DNA of 64,000 nt from Justusliebigvirus alia, in the sequence record OZ035799.1; one strand, given 5' to 3'. This document shows positions 28,140-38,000 of the stretch, one piece after another (position 1 is the stretch's first letter; each line of letters starts with the position of its first letter). The translations under genes and the position numbers were made by a program. The notes under the pieces were generated by a model. It was not told the origin of the DNA and searched no databases. It saw nothing but the letters and a program-made list of their open reading frames with translations.

Positions 28140-29300
28140 TTAGTAAGAACGACCACCAAACACATACTCTGTGTAGTTTTTACGTTCTTTGTTTTTAATA
28201 ACAACTTCAATGTTGTTGCCTTTATCATCGGTGAACACAAAGTGATAACCGTCACCACCCATTGTACGGATGTGTTTTTCATCATACGTCAGCAAGATAC
28301 GGTCTACACCCCAGTAGTAGTCACCTTCTTCATCTTTGTCTTCTACTGTAACGACCCCTTCCATTTCAGGAAGATGCTCTTCTCCTAGCTTATGGTCTAC
28401 AGCTACAACATAACGATTACCGCTAAACAAACCCTGTGCTGTCATACCGTCAATATCGGTATCTGCCGAAACATCTCCTGTACGATCTACACCGTTGACT
28501 TTCAGAAGTTTAACTTCTTTTGCAGCATAGCGGTGTTCAGTAATACTGATACCCATTAATGCAAGTGCATCAGAGAATTTGTCATTAGGGTAACGGTTAA
28601 GTTCTTCTACTAATGACTGAACAATATCAAAGTTCAAGTCCACGGACAGATTATAAAGCGTTTCAAAATCTGGTAAAAAGGCTTTGTTCTCCAGATTTTT
28701 AGCCAGATAGTCATCCATAGTAGCTTTAGGTAGTTTCTTATAGCTAAAGCTGTAGAAAATACGGCTAGGGCGATTACGCAAAAATTCTGATACATAACCA
28801 TCATTTTTAGTCAATACAAACAGCTTGTCATAGCCACCAACACCATCCAGCAGGGTAAGCAAACCATCCTGTGCATCTTTTTCAGCATACAGTTTATCAA
28901 ATTCATCGATCATAATCATCACAGGTTGTGTGATTTTAGACATAAAATTGATAAAGCCTTCACCATTAAAAGCACTACCGATAGAAATAGTAGGAATACC
29001 CATTTCACGAAGAGCAGAAGACAGCATTTTAGCTTGCAAAGTTTTACCGCTACCCTTCGTACCCTCAAGGAGAACACCTGTGTTTTTACCTTTACGGCTA
29101 AGGAACGTCTTGATAATACGTTCTGATTTATCATCAGTATCACCGTATGTTACTGAAGGGACTTCCATATCGTTTTTAGGATACAGGAAGAACTCACCAC
29201 TTTGAGTAACACCTACACCAAAAGTTCCTGCTGGAATTTCTTCAATATCTGTGCCAGACTTCTGACGCAGGAAGATTTGATTGCCGAATACTGTAAACAT
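28140..29300 (-). CDS. AAA+ ATPase (paralog A)
   Basis: 386 aa; Walker A GTKGSGKT, Walker B MIMIDEFDK; collinear similarity to the + strand ATPase at 44833-45960. Confidence 0.75.
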   Translation of the reverse strand: MFTVFGNQIFLRQKSGTDIEEIPAGTFGVGVTQSGEFFLYPKNDMEVPSVTYGDTDDKSERIIKTFLSRKGKNTGVLLEGTKGSGKTLQAKMLSSALREMGIPTISIGSAFNGEGFINFMSKITQPVMIMIDEFDKLYAEKDAQDGLLTLLDGVGGYDKLFVLTKNDGYVSEFLRNRPSRIFYSFSYKKLPKATMDDYLAKNLENKAFLPDFETLYNLSVDLNFDIVQSLVEELNRYPNDKFSDALALMGISITEHRYAAKEVKLLKVNGVDRTGDVSADTDIDGMTAQGLFSGNRYVVAVDHKLGEEHLPEMEGVVTVEDKDEEGDYYWGVDRILLTYDEKHIRTMGGDGYHFVFTDDKGNNIEVVIKNKERKNYTEYVFGGRSY

Positions 29301-29320
29301 AGTTTTCTCCTCTGTTTAAT

Positions 29321-29791
29321 TTAGTCAGATTCCCAAATGTTGTCTTTCTTAATCCACATTCGTTGATTATCTGAACCTCTATAACGTTTCGTTGTTGGTT
29401 GATTCATATCATACTTACCATCTATCACTATGTCAACCAGTTTTTTAATTTTTTCTGGAATTTCTTCAAAAAGATATCCTGTATATAAGACAATATCTTT
29501 TTTGTTTCCAAAACAATCTCTTACCTTTTCAAGAACATACTCTACAGTGTCAATGTTCTCTTTGTCAAGAGGTTCACCACCTAAAACGGTTAATCCTTTA
29601 ATGAAAGGTCGAGATAAATCTTTCAAGATAAGATCTAATGTTTCAGTAGTGAACTCTTGTCCGTAGTTATACGACCAGGCTTTCTGGTTAAAGCAGCCAC
29701 GGCAACCGTGGCTACAACCGCTCACCCACAAAGAGCATCTTACACCGTCACCGTTGAGCATGTCAACAGGTTCATATCCGGCGTAATTCAA
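29321..29791 (-). CDS. nrdG: anaerobic ribonucleotide reductase activating protein
   Basis: 156 aa; TTG start; N-terminus MNYAGYEPVD and radical-SAM CSHGCRGC resemble E. coli NrdG. Confidence 0.85.
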   Translation of the reverse strand: MNYAGYEPVDMLNGDGVRCSLWVSGCSHGCRGCFNQKAWSYNYGQEFTTETLDLILKDLSRPFIKGLTVLGGEPLDKENIDTVEYVLEKVRDCFGNKKDIVLYTGYLFEEIPEKIKKLVDIVIDGKYDMNQPTTKRYRGSDNQRMWIKKDNIWESD

Positions 29792-30729
29792 AAATGTTTC
29801 TCCCTTTCTAATACTTCTTGCATTTTACCTTTATTATAAGGGCGAGAGTTAGGGGCAGAAAGGTATCCTGACACTCTTCTGATTACAGATATAGATTCTT
29901 CCTCATGATTGCCACAACTTGGACACTCGAAGCCTTTAGCTGTTGCCTTAAATTCACCATGAAAACCACATTTGAAACACTGATCTACAGGTTGGTTCAC
30001 GCCAAAATAAGGAATTTTGTTGTAGGCATAATCTACAAGAGTTTCCAGTGCTTGCAAGTTATTTTTAAGGTTTGGTGTTTCTACATAACCTATGTTCCCA
30101 CCATTACTGATTTGTGCAAAACCTTCCTCATAATCCCACTTTTGGAACGGGGTAGTGTGCATCCACACAGGTTGATGGAAAGAGTTTGTCAAGTAGTCAC
30201 GATCAATAGAACCTGGATAGCGATCATTTAATGCTTTGGCAAATTTATAGCACAAGGATTCTGCTGGTGTTCCATACAAACTAAAAGCTAAACCAGAACG
30301 TTCTTTAAATGTGCCACAGATATCCTTCATATATTGAAGGATGTTTTTACCCATTGCTTTTGGATTGGTGTTACCTGGGTATAAAATCTCCATAGCTTCT
30401 GCTAAACCTACATAACCGATACTAATAGAGGCATAACCACCTTCGAATAGCTTACCAATCTCTTCATTAGCTTCTAGTCGAGCTAAAGCCCCTTCCATAA
30501 ACAATGTAGGGTTTTGAGATGCTTTGGTATGTCTAATACGGTTAACACGTAGTATATGTGCCTTATACGCCATCTCCATATGTTGTTCCAACAGTTCAGT
30601 AAATAAGATGCCCTTTTCACGGGACTCTGCTGCAATGATAGGTAAGTTTAAAGAAACCACGCCTAAGTTGAAACGACCATCATATTTTTCACCTTGCTCT
30701 GTTGCATAGTATGACAAGAAACTTCTACA
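29788..30729 (-). CDS. nrdD: anaerobic ribonucleoside-triphosphate reductase, exon 2
   Basis: Frame continues from exon 1 across intron (MG|CRSFLSYY); glycyl-radical motif RVSGYL near C-terminus. Confidence 0.8.
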   Translation of the reverse strand, partial: CRSFLSYYATEQGEKYDGRFNLGVVSLNLPIIAAESREKGILFTELLEQHMEMAYKAHILRVNRIRHTKASQNPTLFMEGALARLEANEEIGKLFEGGYASISIGYVGLAEAMEILYPGNTNPKAMGKNILQYMKDICGTFKERSGLAFSLYGTPAESLCYKFAKALNDRYPGSIDRDYLTNSFHQPVWMHTTPFQKWDYEEGFAQISNGGNIGYVETPNLKNNLQALETLVDYAYNKIPYFGVNQPVDQCFKCGFHGEFKATAKGFECPSCGNHEEESISVIRRVSGYLSAPNSRPYNKGKMQEVLEREKHF

Positions 30730-31009
30730 CATTATGTTCAAAGTGGCTCGCAAGGCCACTCCCGCACCATTACGTGCTGCTGCATGTCACCATGCAGATC
30801 AGACTATATCTTCATGCTTAAAGCATGTCTACCATTTGGGGTGTCATAGGCTTACACCCTACGCTGCTACATTCATCACAGCTAGTCGTTAGGCATTTCG
30901 TAATAGTACCCCCCTTCTTCTGTGTTGGGAGTTCTGTTACGTTTAGCACGGGATTGTCTCGTTGAGAGTTCCCCCGTTTAGGCAGATTTTACATGAGCAG
31001 TTATAGTTT
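30730..31009 (-). ncRNA. group I self-splicing intron (ORF-less) in nrdD
   Basis: 280-nt non-coding insert; exon 1 ends in U, intron ends in G; core CUAAACGGGGGAACUCUC...GACAAUCCCGUGCUAAA resembles T4 td/nrdD intron core; P7-like GACUAG/AUAGUC. Confidence 0.7.
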
Positions 31010-31867
31010 ACCCATGCTTGTGACGCGACCATCTGAAGATCCTGTAACTTCTTTGTTTAAAGGTACAGAGATAAAATCAGGATAAATGCGTTCAGCACAA
31101 CACTCCATTGCCAGTTGCTTCAAATCATAGTTTGGATCGCCAGCTTTCATGTTAACACCATCTTCCAAGAAGAAGATAACTTTAGGAAACACAGGAGTTA
31201 CCCTATCTTTTCCTAATCCTTGTTTGTGCACCATTAGGTAGTTTTTAGTGATCATTCTACCAAAAGCAGAGGTATCCAAACCTAAACTAATTGTTATAAA
31301 AGGTGACTGACCATTTACACTCATTAGAGTGTTCACTTGGTAGATTAAAGTTTGCATTGCATCATAGACCTGTTTATCTACCATACGCATAGCAATATCA
31401 TAATCACCAACATCAGCATATATTTTATTAAAACTTGCTTTAACGTATTGACTAAGCCCAGTATCAACATGTGCACAAGTTTGTCCACCATATTGGCTAG
31501 AAGCTACTGCTTGAATAATTTGAGTTAGGACAGTAGTCGCTACACCGATAGATTTTGGTTTTTCAATATGTGCATTACCAATACGGAAACCGTTCTCAAG
31601 CATATCTTGGTAATTTACCAGGCAACAATTAGTTAAAGGTGAGAGTAAATAATCTAAATCGTGGATGTGACCATACCCACTTTTATGCCATTCTGCCAGA
31701 TCTTCCGGTAAAATATGGGTCATTGCCATGTGCTTGCTTAGGATACCTGCTAGTAAATCTCGGTGAGTATTAACAATCATTGCAGGTTTGTTTGCATTTT
31801 CACGAGTAAATTCTTCGGATGTTTGTTCGAGGAATCCGATTACATCCTCATATAGTTTTTGGGTCAT
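31010..31867 (-). CDS. nrdD: anaerobic ribonucleoside-triphosphate reductase, exon 1
   Basis: ATG after GGAGGA; track ORF runs into intron and stops after 3 extra codons. Confidence 0.8.
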
Positions 31868-31956
31868 TAATCCTCCGTGGAAAATAAAAGCCAGCTTAAT
31901 GCTGGCTTTAGGGTGGATCTTTATTTTAAATCTTTTTCGTAAGATTGTCCTTGATC

Positions 31957-32907
31957 TTAGTCAAGGTTTTTGGTAATACGTGTACAACCGTCAGAAGTCA
32001 AACCGTCAACTTGAGTTTCCCAAGTGCCATGAATATTTCGGAACAATGTTGTTACACCTTTTGGTTCATTAATAATGATTGCCATAACAAGTTTAGGATC
32101 GATAACAGACATAATCTTTTCCTCAATACCCTCTGTAATAACATTATTGCGCACAATATTAATTGCATCTTCTTGTACAGTAAGAGCACTTACGTTCTTA
32201 AGAGTATATACCTGCTGCGTAGTGTAAATGATACGAACATAACTTACAGAACGAGTAGGCACAGGTTTACGCGGTCGGCGAAAACGTGGTTTTGGTGAAG
32301 ATTCAGTCTTACTTTCATTTTTTGAATAATACTCCTCAAACAGTTTAGTAAATGTTTTTACATCAACTACAAACCGATCTTTCCTATATGGAGAATTCTT
32401 ATGTGCACCATTAATACCACTGTTTTCATCGAAGAAAGTAATGTTTTCTTCAGTTGAATACATTAGATAATGATCTGCATTTTTCCAATGTGGTTGTGGA
32501 CAATGAGGATTACAAACGGAAAGCAAGTAATTAATATTTTCTTCCGTGGCCTCAGTATCCAGGAAGCACGTATTATGCACAGTCAGTTGTACTTTTTCAG
32601 CCATATCTTTTTCTTTATCCTCTTTAGCAAGATATTCAGTACGAATAATCTCCAGAAAACCTTCAGGTGTTACTTCCATAAATTTATATTCAGGATGAAG
32701 CTCCATATATTCAAATCCACAACCATCTAATTGCTGTAGGAAGTTAGGGTAGAAGAACAAATCATTAACACTGTGAATCAGATCATTGATTTCTGCTTCA
32801 GTTGTGTAACCAAAACTCTTGTGAATTGCTTCGTTAAGAATATGCAGGATACCCATCTCTTCTGCTGCTTTTTTAACTTCCAGTTTATTAGCGTAAAATG
32901 CAATCAT
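31957..32907 (-). CDS. hypothetical protein
   Basis: 316-aa ORF; AAGGAGAA RBS; terminator-like hairpin downstream. Confidence 0.55.
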   Translation of the reverse strand: MIAFYANKLEVKKAAEEMGILHILNEAIHKSFGYTTEAEINDLIHSVNDLFFYPNFLQQLDGCGFEYMELHPEYKFMEVTPEGFLEIIRTEYLAKEDKEKDMAEKVQLTVHNTCFLDTEATEENINYLLSVCNPHCPQPHWKNADHYLMYSTEENITFFDENSGINGAHKNSPYRKDRFVVDVKTFTKLFEEYYSKNESKTESSPKPRFRRPRKPVPTRSVSYVRIIYTTQQVYTLKNVSALTVQEDAINIVRNNVITEGIEEKIMSVIDPKLVMAIIINEPKGVTTLFRNIHGTWETQVDGLTSDGCTRITKNLD

Positions 32908-32924
32908 TATGTTCTCCTTCTAAA

Positions 32925-33359
32925 TTAGTTTAAAATTTCTTTTGCAATGGTAGAAGCAAGTTTTCCATCATATTGATTCGGATACTCTGCTTTAAGGTGT
33001 TTCATCATATCTGGCATTTTCTTGCCTGTCAAGGCAAATTCTTCAGCAATAGCTCGAAGATCATCTTCAGATAGCATTTCTGGCAAATATTTTTCCAGAG
33101 TGGTGATATCACGCATAGCTCGCTCACACTTGCTAATGGAGGCATTAACTTTCTTAAGCGAGTCTAGTTCCTCTTTAGCGTGTGCAATACCAATCTTAAC
33201 AATGTTAATCATAATATCGTCTTCTGATTTGTTTAGATTTGCCTTTTGAGTACGAGCAAGGTCAAACTCACCAATAATATTAGTTAACAAAGCAAAAGCA
33301 CCCTTATCGGTTGTACGTGCTAAGATACGATCTGCTTTCATTTGTGTCACAATAGACAT
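32925..33359 (-). CDS. GatB/YqeY-domain protein
   Basis: 144 aa; LEKYLPEMLSEDDLRAI...KKMPDMMKHLKAEYPNQYDGK matches YqeY pattern. Confidence 0.6.
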   Translation of the reverse strand: MSIVTQMKADRILARTTDKGAFALLTNIIGEFDLARTQKANLNKSEDDIMINIVKIGIAHAKEELDSLKKVNASISKCERAMRDITTLEKYLPEMLSEDDLRAIAEEFALTGKKMPDMMKHLKAEYPNQYDGKLASTIAKEILN

Positions 33360-33371
33360 TCTATTCTCCTC

Positions 33372-33944
33372 TTATTTGCTAATGCTTTGAGTCTTGTTTA
33401 CAACACGATTTATTGCCAGTGAAGCCCTAGGCTCTGCAATACCTGTTGCATAGATATAAGGATGACCTCTTGGAGACTCCCTCATACCGAATGAACCTAA
33501 TTCTAAACCATATTCATCCTCTATGTCAACCCCAATATTAGTGGGTACTAAATATGTTTTAACTCCATAATAAGTAGAGAAGAAACAGCGCATAGAGTTA
33601 GCATACTCTTCAATTGTAGCATCAGGGTAGAACTCAATCAACTCCAATTTCAAGAAAATATTGAAATGAGTATCATCTAAATTTTCTTCTGTACGGTAAC
33701 ATGGTGTTAGTGCCATATAAGGATTACCTGCTGCAAATTCAAAACCATCCTTCTCCATTTGCAGGAAAGATTGTTCTGCACTAGCTACATAGTATTTACC
33801 GTTAGGATGACCTAATGGGCGATCCTCTTTATTTTCTGGTAGTGTGTACGCCAGTATATCAGCATCCACGAGGTATGGAACTTCTAACATTTGTGCAAAC
33901 CGACCATAGTAATCAATAGCTTGAGCTATTACTTCAACATTCAT
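33372..33944 (-). CDS. class II aminoacyl-tRNA-synthetase-like catalytic core protein (tentative)
   Basis: 190 aa; motif-2-like YRTEENLDDTHFNIFLKLELIEF and motif-3-like GLELGSFGMRE. Confidence 0.35.
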   Translation of the reverse strand: MNVEVIAQAIDYYGRFAQMLEVPYLVDADILAYTLPENKEDRPLGHPNGKYYVASAEQSFLQMEKDGFEFAAGNPYMALTPCYRTEENLDDTHFNIFLKLELIEFYPDATIEEYANSMRCFFSTYYGVKTYLVPTNIGVDIEDEYGLELGSFGMRESPRGHPYIYATGIAEPRASLAINRVVNKTQSISK

Positions 33945-34192
33945 GAGCGACCTCCATTGCGGAATGCACGTTTAGTAATGTTCGACATAGTGATCAAATC
34001 TTGAAGCGTCATATCAGGAAAATGCTGTTCAAGAACACCTTCAACAGCGCCTACAATATCTGATAACTCAATAAGTTGCATCAGCTTGCAATCTTGATCA
34101 ATAGCATCTTGAAGTTCATAAAGCTCTTCTTGAATCTTAGCAACAGAACCATATTCCTCTTTGCTAATCTCCTTCAAATGATACCCTGCCAC
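33941..34192 (-). CDS. MazG/HisE-like all-alpha NTP pyrophosphohydrolase (tentative)
   Basis: 83 aa; GTG start after AAGGGGG; short acidic helical protein. Confidence 0.4.
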   Translation of the reverse strand: MAGYHLKEISKEEYGSVAKIQEELYELQDAIDQDCKLMQLIELSDIVGAVEGVLEQHFPDMTLQDLITMSNITKRAFRNGGRS

Positions 34193-34346
34193 TTTAACCC
34201 CCTTAGTTTACCAGTTTATTTATGTCTGGTAAAAGATTTATTTCACCTAAAAAATCACCTTCACCTTCCTCTAACCAACTCTCATATGCTTGTGCATGAT
34301 TATAGTTACCATCAAAAGAATCTGCAACAAATTTTTCTACAGTTTT

Positions 34347-36977
34347 TCAATATCTGCCAGCGCCAAATACACCAAGTTTAATACCATTGATCGGTAAAGT
34401 GGTGCTTGTTGGTACTTTCTCTGTTGCAACACGGTTGATATCTATAATCTCCTGTACGGTTGTATTCCATTGTAAGCATTTAACACAACGGGTGTGCGCT
34501 ACATACAGTAGGTTTCGCTCTGCCTCTTCTAGTCCTACCCATTCACCAGTCTTTTTATCATAGTTGGAAGGAAAATCATTAGCAACAATAACCTGATCCC
34601 ACTCCAAACCTTTAGACTTGTGTGCTGTAGTCAGTGTGACTTTTGCTGTAGGGGAATTTCTATGCGTTCTAAGTGTATGTGCTATAGTGTTTGCCTTACC
34701 AGAAACTACGATGTTTAACAAGCGTTTAGCATCTGGATCAGCCTCTGCACACTCAACAAATTCATCCCAGTCTGCATAAGGTAATACAGTTTCATGTTTT
34801 ACTTTCTCAATATCTCCTCTCCGAAGAGCATTAACACTATCTACCATAGAGATAAAATCCCTGGTATCTACGTTAATAATAATTTCTTCCCCATCTGCAA
34901 TACGATCCATTGCCTCCATAAGCAAGGTTAAATTCTTGCGAAAGATGATAGTGTAAGGTTTTGTATAGTCTACAACATCTGATTTGTAGCTACCTACTAC
35001 AGTATCAAAGCCTTTACCAACCAAAGGATGACGCAAAGGTTCTTTATCACTTAAAATCATATTGGCAATGTTTGCCACTTTGGGGCCAAAACGGAAGCAA
35101 GCAGTTAATGGAAGCTCTGCCCCATACTTAGCTGTTTCAATCATCATATTAGAGCTACCTCTAAATTGATAAATACAGTTGTGGCTAAGAATTTCATTGC
35201 CAAAGAAGTTAGCAGTATCCTCTACTTCAATATCATAGTAGATACCCTCACTATCTACAATATCCACAATCTCTTCTGCTGTTACAGTATCACCATCTTT
35301 TACCAACACAGACATGCCTTTAAACAAACCCGCTGCCGGAATTAAGTTATATTTGGCAGTGTCTACAGAGGACATGCATTCTTTTAAAGATGCAAACGGA
35401 ACTATTTCAAGGATCTTTTGTGCAAAACTCAATGCTTCACAATAAGAATTGAAATATTTACGTACACGGTAACGACCTTCCAATTTAGCAACACTTACGC
35501 TTACACCTGCTTTAATGAGTGAAGCATAGATCGGCATTTCACTTTCTGTCCACTCAAAACTGACTTGTGTTCCTTTACAACCTTGTGCTCGCAAAGTCAC
35601 TGTTAACATTTTTCTTTCATCTACTGCACAATTGATGCTGTGCCAATGTGGATAAGCAAAATGATAGTCTTTATCCTCTAAAAGTTTAAAACCATTCTGT
35701 CCGAATTGTTCAAAGATGTTATTGATCCTTTCTTGATTAATGCCGCGTGAACTTGCTTCAAATACACAAGTAGGAATGCCATATTGTAAACTGTATGCCA
35801 TTTCTTTTTCCATAGCAGCTTCGCGATTTTCAACAATGTCCAACACCCATAATTTCTGTGCTTTTTCAGAACGTGTACGTTGCCCCAGTTTAGAAAAACC
35901 TTCTTTATCATCGAATTTGTTAGTGATCCCTACTCGGAAACCTAAATCTTTCCTCCACATTAGGTATACCACCATCTGGTCATCTTTCAGAACATAGGAT
36001 GAAGCCCAAATACGATGGTTATGTGTCATATCTAAAGTTTTACCTGTAGCAGTAATAATATTCCTACCTTTTGTACGTGTAGATAAAGTCTTATTTGTTA
36101 CTTTTCTAAATGTAACTTTACCATTAGAATAAGACTCTACCTTATCACCGATTTGCAGGTCTTTCATTGTAACCTGACCATTCTCGGTGTTAAGTACCGT
36201 GTTTTCCGACACACATTGGAATTCATCGCCAACTACCACAATTTGTTTTGCAGATTTAGCATTTCGCAGAATAGACAAGAATGCAGGGTTAACATCCTGG
36301 AATTCATCACCAAAAATAATATCATAACCAAGATCAGCACCAGATAATTCAAACAATTTTACATAGGTGTCATGCGTCATCAAAGTATCTGTGTTAGGAT
36401 CGATGCGCTCTCGCCACAATTGTTTTGCATACTTAACTACTTCTGTAATTAGTTTGTGTTCGTTAATACCTTTTCTTTTAATATCTGCAAGATGTACACC
36501 AGGAAAATGTTTACGGCTGATAAAAGGATCATCCGAAAATTCAAACTTACCTACGGTTTGCTTGATCATTAAACCAATCATAGCACGAGTTAAAAGTGTT
36601 TTCCCTCGTTTATCAATAAGATTATTAATCTTAAATTTCTTTGCTATCTCGCTACCTGTACCTGCAACGTTAACATACTGTCCTTCTGGTCGTGACAGTT
36701 TTGCACGTAAACGATGATCCAGGAATTGATAGCAAATAGAATGCAATGTACGGCATTCTACATTTAGTGGCATCTTACGTCGTGCTTCTTCTGCCATGCT
36801 TTTATTGAAAGCTAAGTAAAGAATGCGATCTTCTGTACTGTTAGCCAGCAAATAAAGTGTTGACGTTTTGCCTGATCCAGATTTAGCTTGGATAGTTAAA
36901 AAGCGATGGTCTGGAAAAGCCTCCTTAATAGCTGTTTGCTCTTCTGTTGGAGTGAAGCTCAACTCTTTCTTAGCCAT
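34347..36977 (-). CDS. SF1 DNA helicase (UvrD/RecD/Dda-like) interrupted by an intein
   Basis: ATG at 36977 after AGAGAGG; Walker A AKSGSGKT, motif II GDEFQD, motif III split as GDEFQ|intein|CIYQFRGS, motif VI YVAHTR. Confidence 0.8.
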   Translation of the reverse strand: MAKKELSFTPTEEQTAIKEAFPDHRFLTIQAKSGSGKTSTLYLLANSTEDRILYLAFNKSMAEEARRKMPLNVECRTLHSICYQFLDHRLRAKLSRPEGQYVNVAGTGSEIAKKFKINNLIDKRGKTLLTRAMIGLMIKQTVGKFEFSDDPFISRKHFPGVHLADIKRKGINEHKLITEVVKYAKQLWRERIDPNTDTLMTHDTYVKLFELSGADLGYDIIFGDEFQDVNPAFLSILRNAKSAKQIVVVGDEFQCVSENTVLNTENGQVTMKDLQIGDKVESYSNGKVTFRKVTNKTLSTRTKGRNIITATGKTLDMTHNHRIWASSYVLKDDQMVVYLMWRKDLGFRVGITNKFDDKEGFSKLGQRTRSEKAQKLWVLDIVENREAAMEKEMAYSLQYGIPTCVFEASSRGINQERINNIFEQFGQNGFKLLEDKDYHFAYPHWHSINCAVDERKMLTVTLRAQGCKGTQVSFEWTESEMPIYASLIKAGVSVSVAKLEGRYRVRKYFNSYCEALSFAQKILEIVPFASLKECMSSVDTAKYNLIPAAGLFKGMSVLVKDGDTVTAEEIVDIVDSEGIYYDIEVEDTANFFGNEILSHNCIYQFRGSSNMMIETAKYGAELPLTACFRFGPKVANIANMILSDKEPLRHPLVGKGFDTVVGSYKSDVVDYTKPYTIIFRKNLTLLMEAMDRIADGEEIIINVDTRDFISMVDSVNALRRGDIEKVKHETVLPYADWDEFVECAEADPDAKRLLNIVVSGKANTIAHTLRTHRNSPTAKVTLTTAHKSKGLEWDQVIVANDFPSNYDKKTGEWVGLEEAERNLLYVAHTRCVKCLQWNTTVQEIIDINRVATEKVPTSTTLPINGIKLGVFGAGRY
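35178..36215 (-). mobile_element. intein (~346 aa) within helicase motif III
   Basis: Starts Cys (CVSENTVL), block B THNH, ends SHN followed by Cys; middle region large enough for an endonuclease domain. Confidence 0.7.
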
Positions 36978-36978
36978 T

Positions 36979-37455
36979 TCAACCTCTCTTAATTTGTTTA
37001 ACAAGCATAGGAACAAAATCTCGTTTTAAAATTTGTTCAATAATATGATCAGGTAGCTGTTGGAAATTATAATTAAAAGCTACTGTCTCACCTTTAGGTG
37101 TTTCTACCCGCACATATAACATGTTACGAAGTTTATCCACTTGTGCTGTATATTCTAAACCATGTAATTGATGCATTGCAAACATCAAATCATCAGTTTC
37201 AGTTTGGAATCTATCATTTGCTTGCATTAAGGACAAGGTAAAAGGTAGATTTTCCCTAAGAGCCACCTTCTTAGGAACTAGTGAAGGAAAATACTCACCA
37301 ATAACTTCCTGTGTAAGCTGGATACACTCTTTTTCAATTTGGTTTTGTTCCTTAAGTTCACAAACACTTTTTTGTAAAGTGTTAACCTCTTTTTGCAAAG
37401 CTGCTAGTTGAGCACTTAACTTTCTTTTTTGATTACGACCAAAACGTTTAGACAT
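36979..37455 (-). CDS. hypothetical coiled-coil protein
   Basis: 158-aa ORF; GGGGGAAA RBS. Confidence 0.5.
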   Translation of the reverse strand: MSKRFGRNQKRKLSAQLAALQKEVNTLQKSVCELKEQNQIEKECIQLTQEVIGEYFPSLVPKKVALRENLPFTLSLMQANDRFQTETDDLMFAMHQLHGLEYTAQVDKLRNMLYVRVETPKGETVAFNYNFQQLPDHIIEQILKRDFVPMLVKQIKRG

Positions 37456-37463
37456 ATTTCCCC

Positions 37464-37979
37464 CTAGTAAAACCCTTTAACAATCTGTATTAACTCGGCA
37501 CAACGGTTGACCAACTTTTCCTCATACAATACACGTTGTGGCATATGTTGTATAATATACTCCATTTGCTCATGCCATGTCCACTTTTCTTTTTTGTCTG
37601 GGATAACATCACTAGCACGAGAATTATCTTTTAATGTTTGTATAATCCAATTGCTTGGAAAGTGCTCTCCACCTTTCTTAAATGGTTTATAGTGGCCTAG
37701 AGTGAATTGAGAATCCCCTGTTAGAGCACCCAATTTATTTAGATGGATAATCAAACTACGAAACACGTAGTATTCATAGATGTTATCCACCGTATAGCAA
37801 GCATAATATTTCAAGATGCCCTTATCTCGCGGATACTTACCAACATCCAGATTGCACCAGTTGACATTTTCTGGATCATAGTGGTGTTCCTTAAGCCATA
37901 TTTCTCTTTCATCAAAGTCTGGATATATTACCGCTCTGCTTACAGAGTCAACAAGTGGAGATTGAGCATCAAAAAACAT
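37464..37979 (-). CDS. hypothetical protein
   Basis: 171-aa ORF; AAGGAAAA RBS. Confidence 0.5.
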   Translation of the reverse strand: MFFDAQSPLVDSVSRAVIYPDFDEREIWLKEHHYDPENVNWCNLDVGKYPRDKGILKYYACYTVDNIYEYYVFRSLIIHLNKLGALTGDSQFTLGHYKPFKKGGEHFPSNWIIQTLKDNSRASDVIPDKKEKWTWHEQMEYIIQHMPQRVLYEEKLVNRCAELIQIVKGFY

Positions 37980-38000
37980 TATATTTTCCTTATTGGTTTG

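Noticed and set aside
29788-31867. nrdD as two independent genes, or a frameshifted pseudogene
   Set aside because: The 280-nt insert has group I intron core sequence and canonical U/G splice-site residues, and the flanks join into a continuous NrdD sequence.
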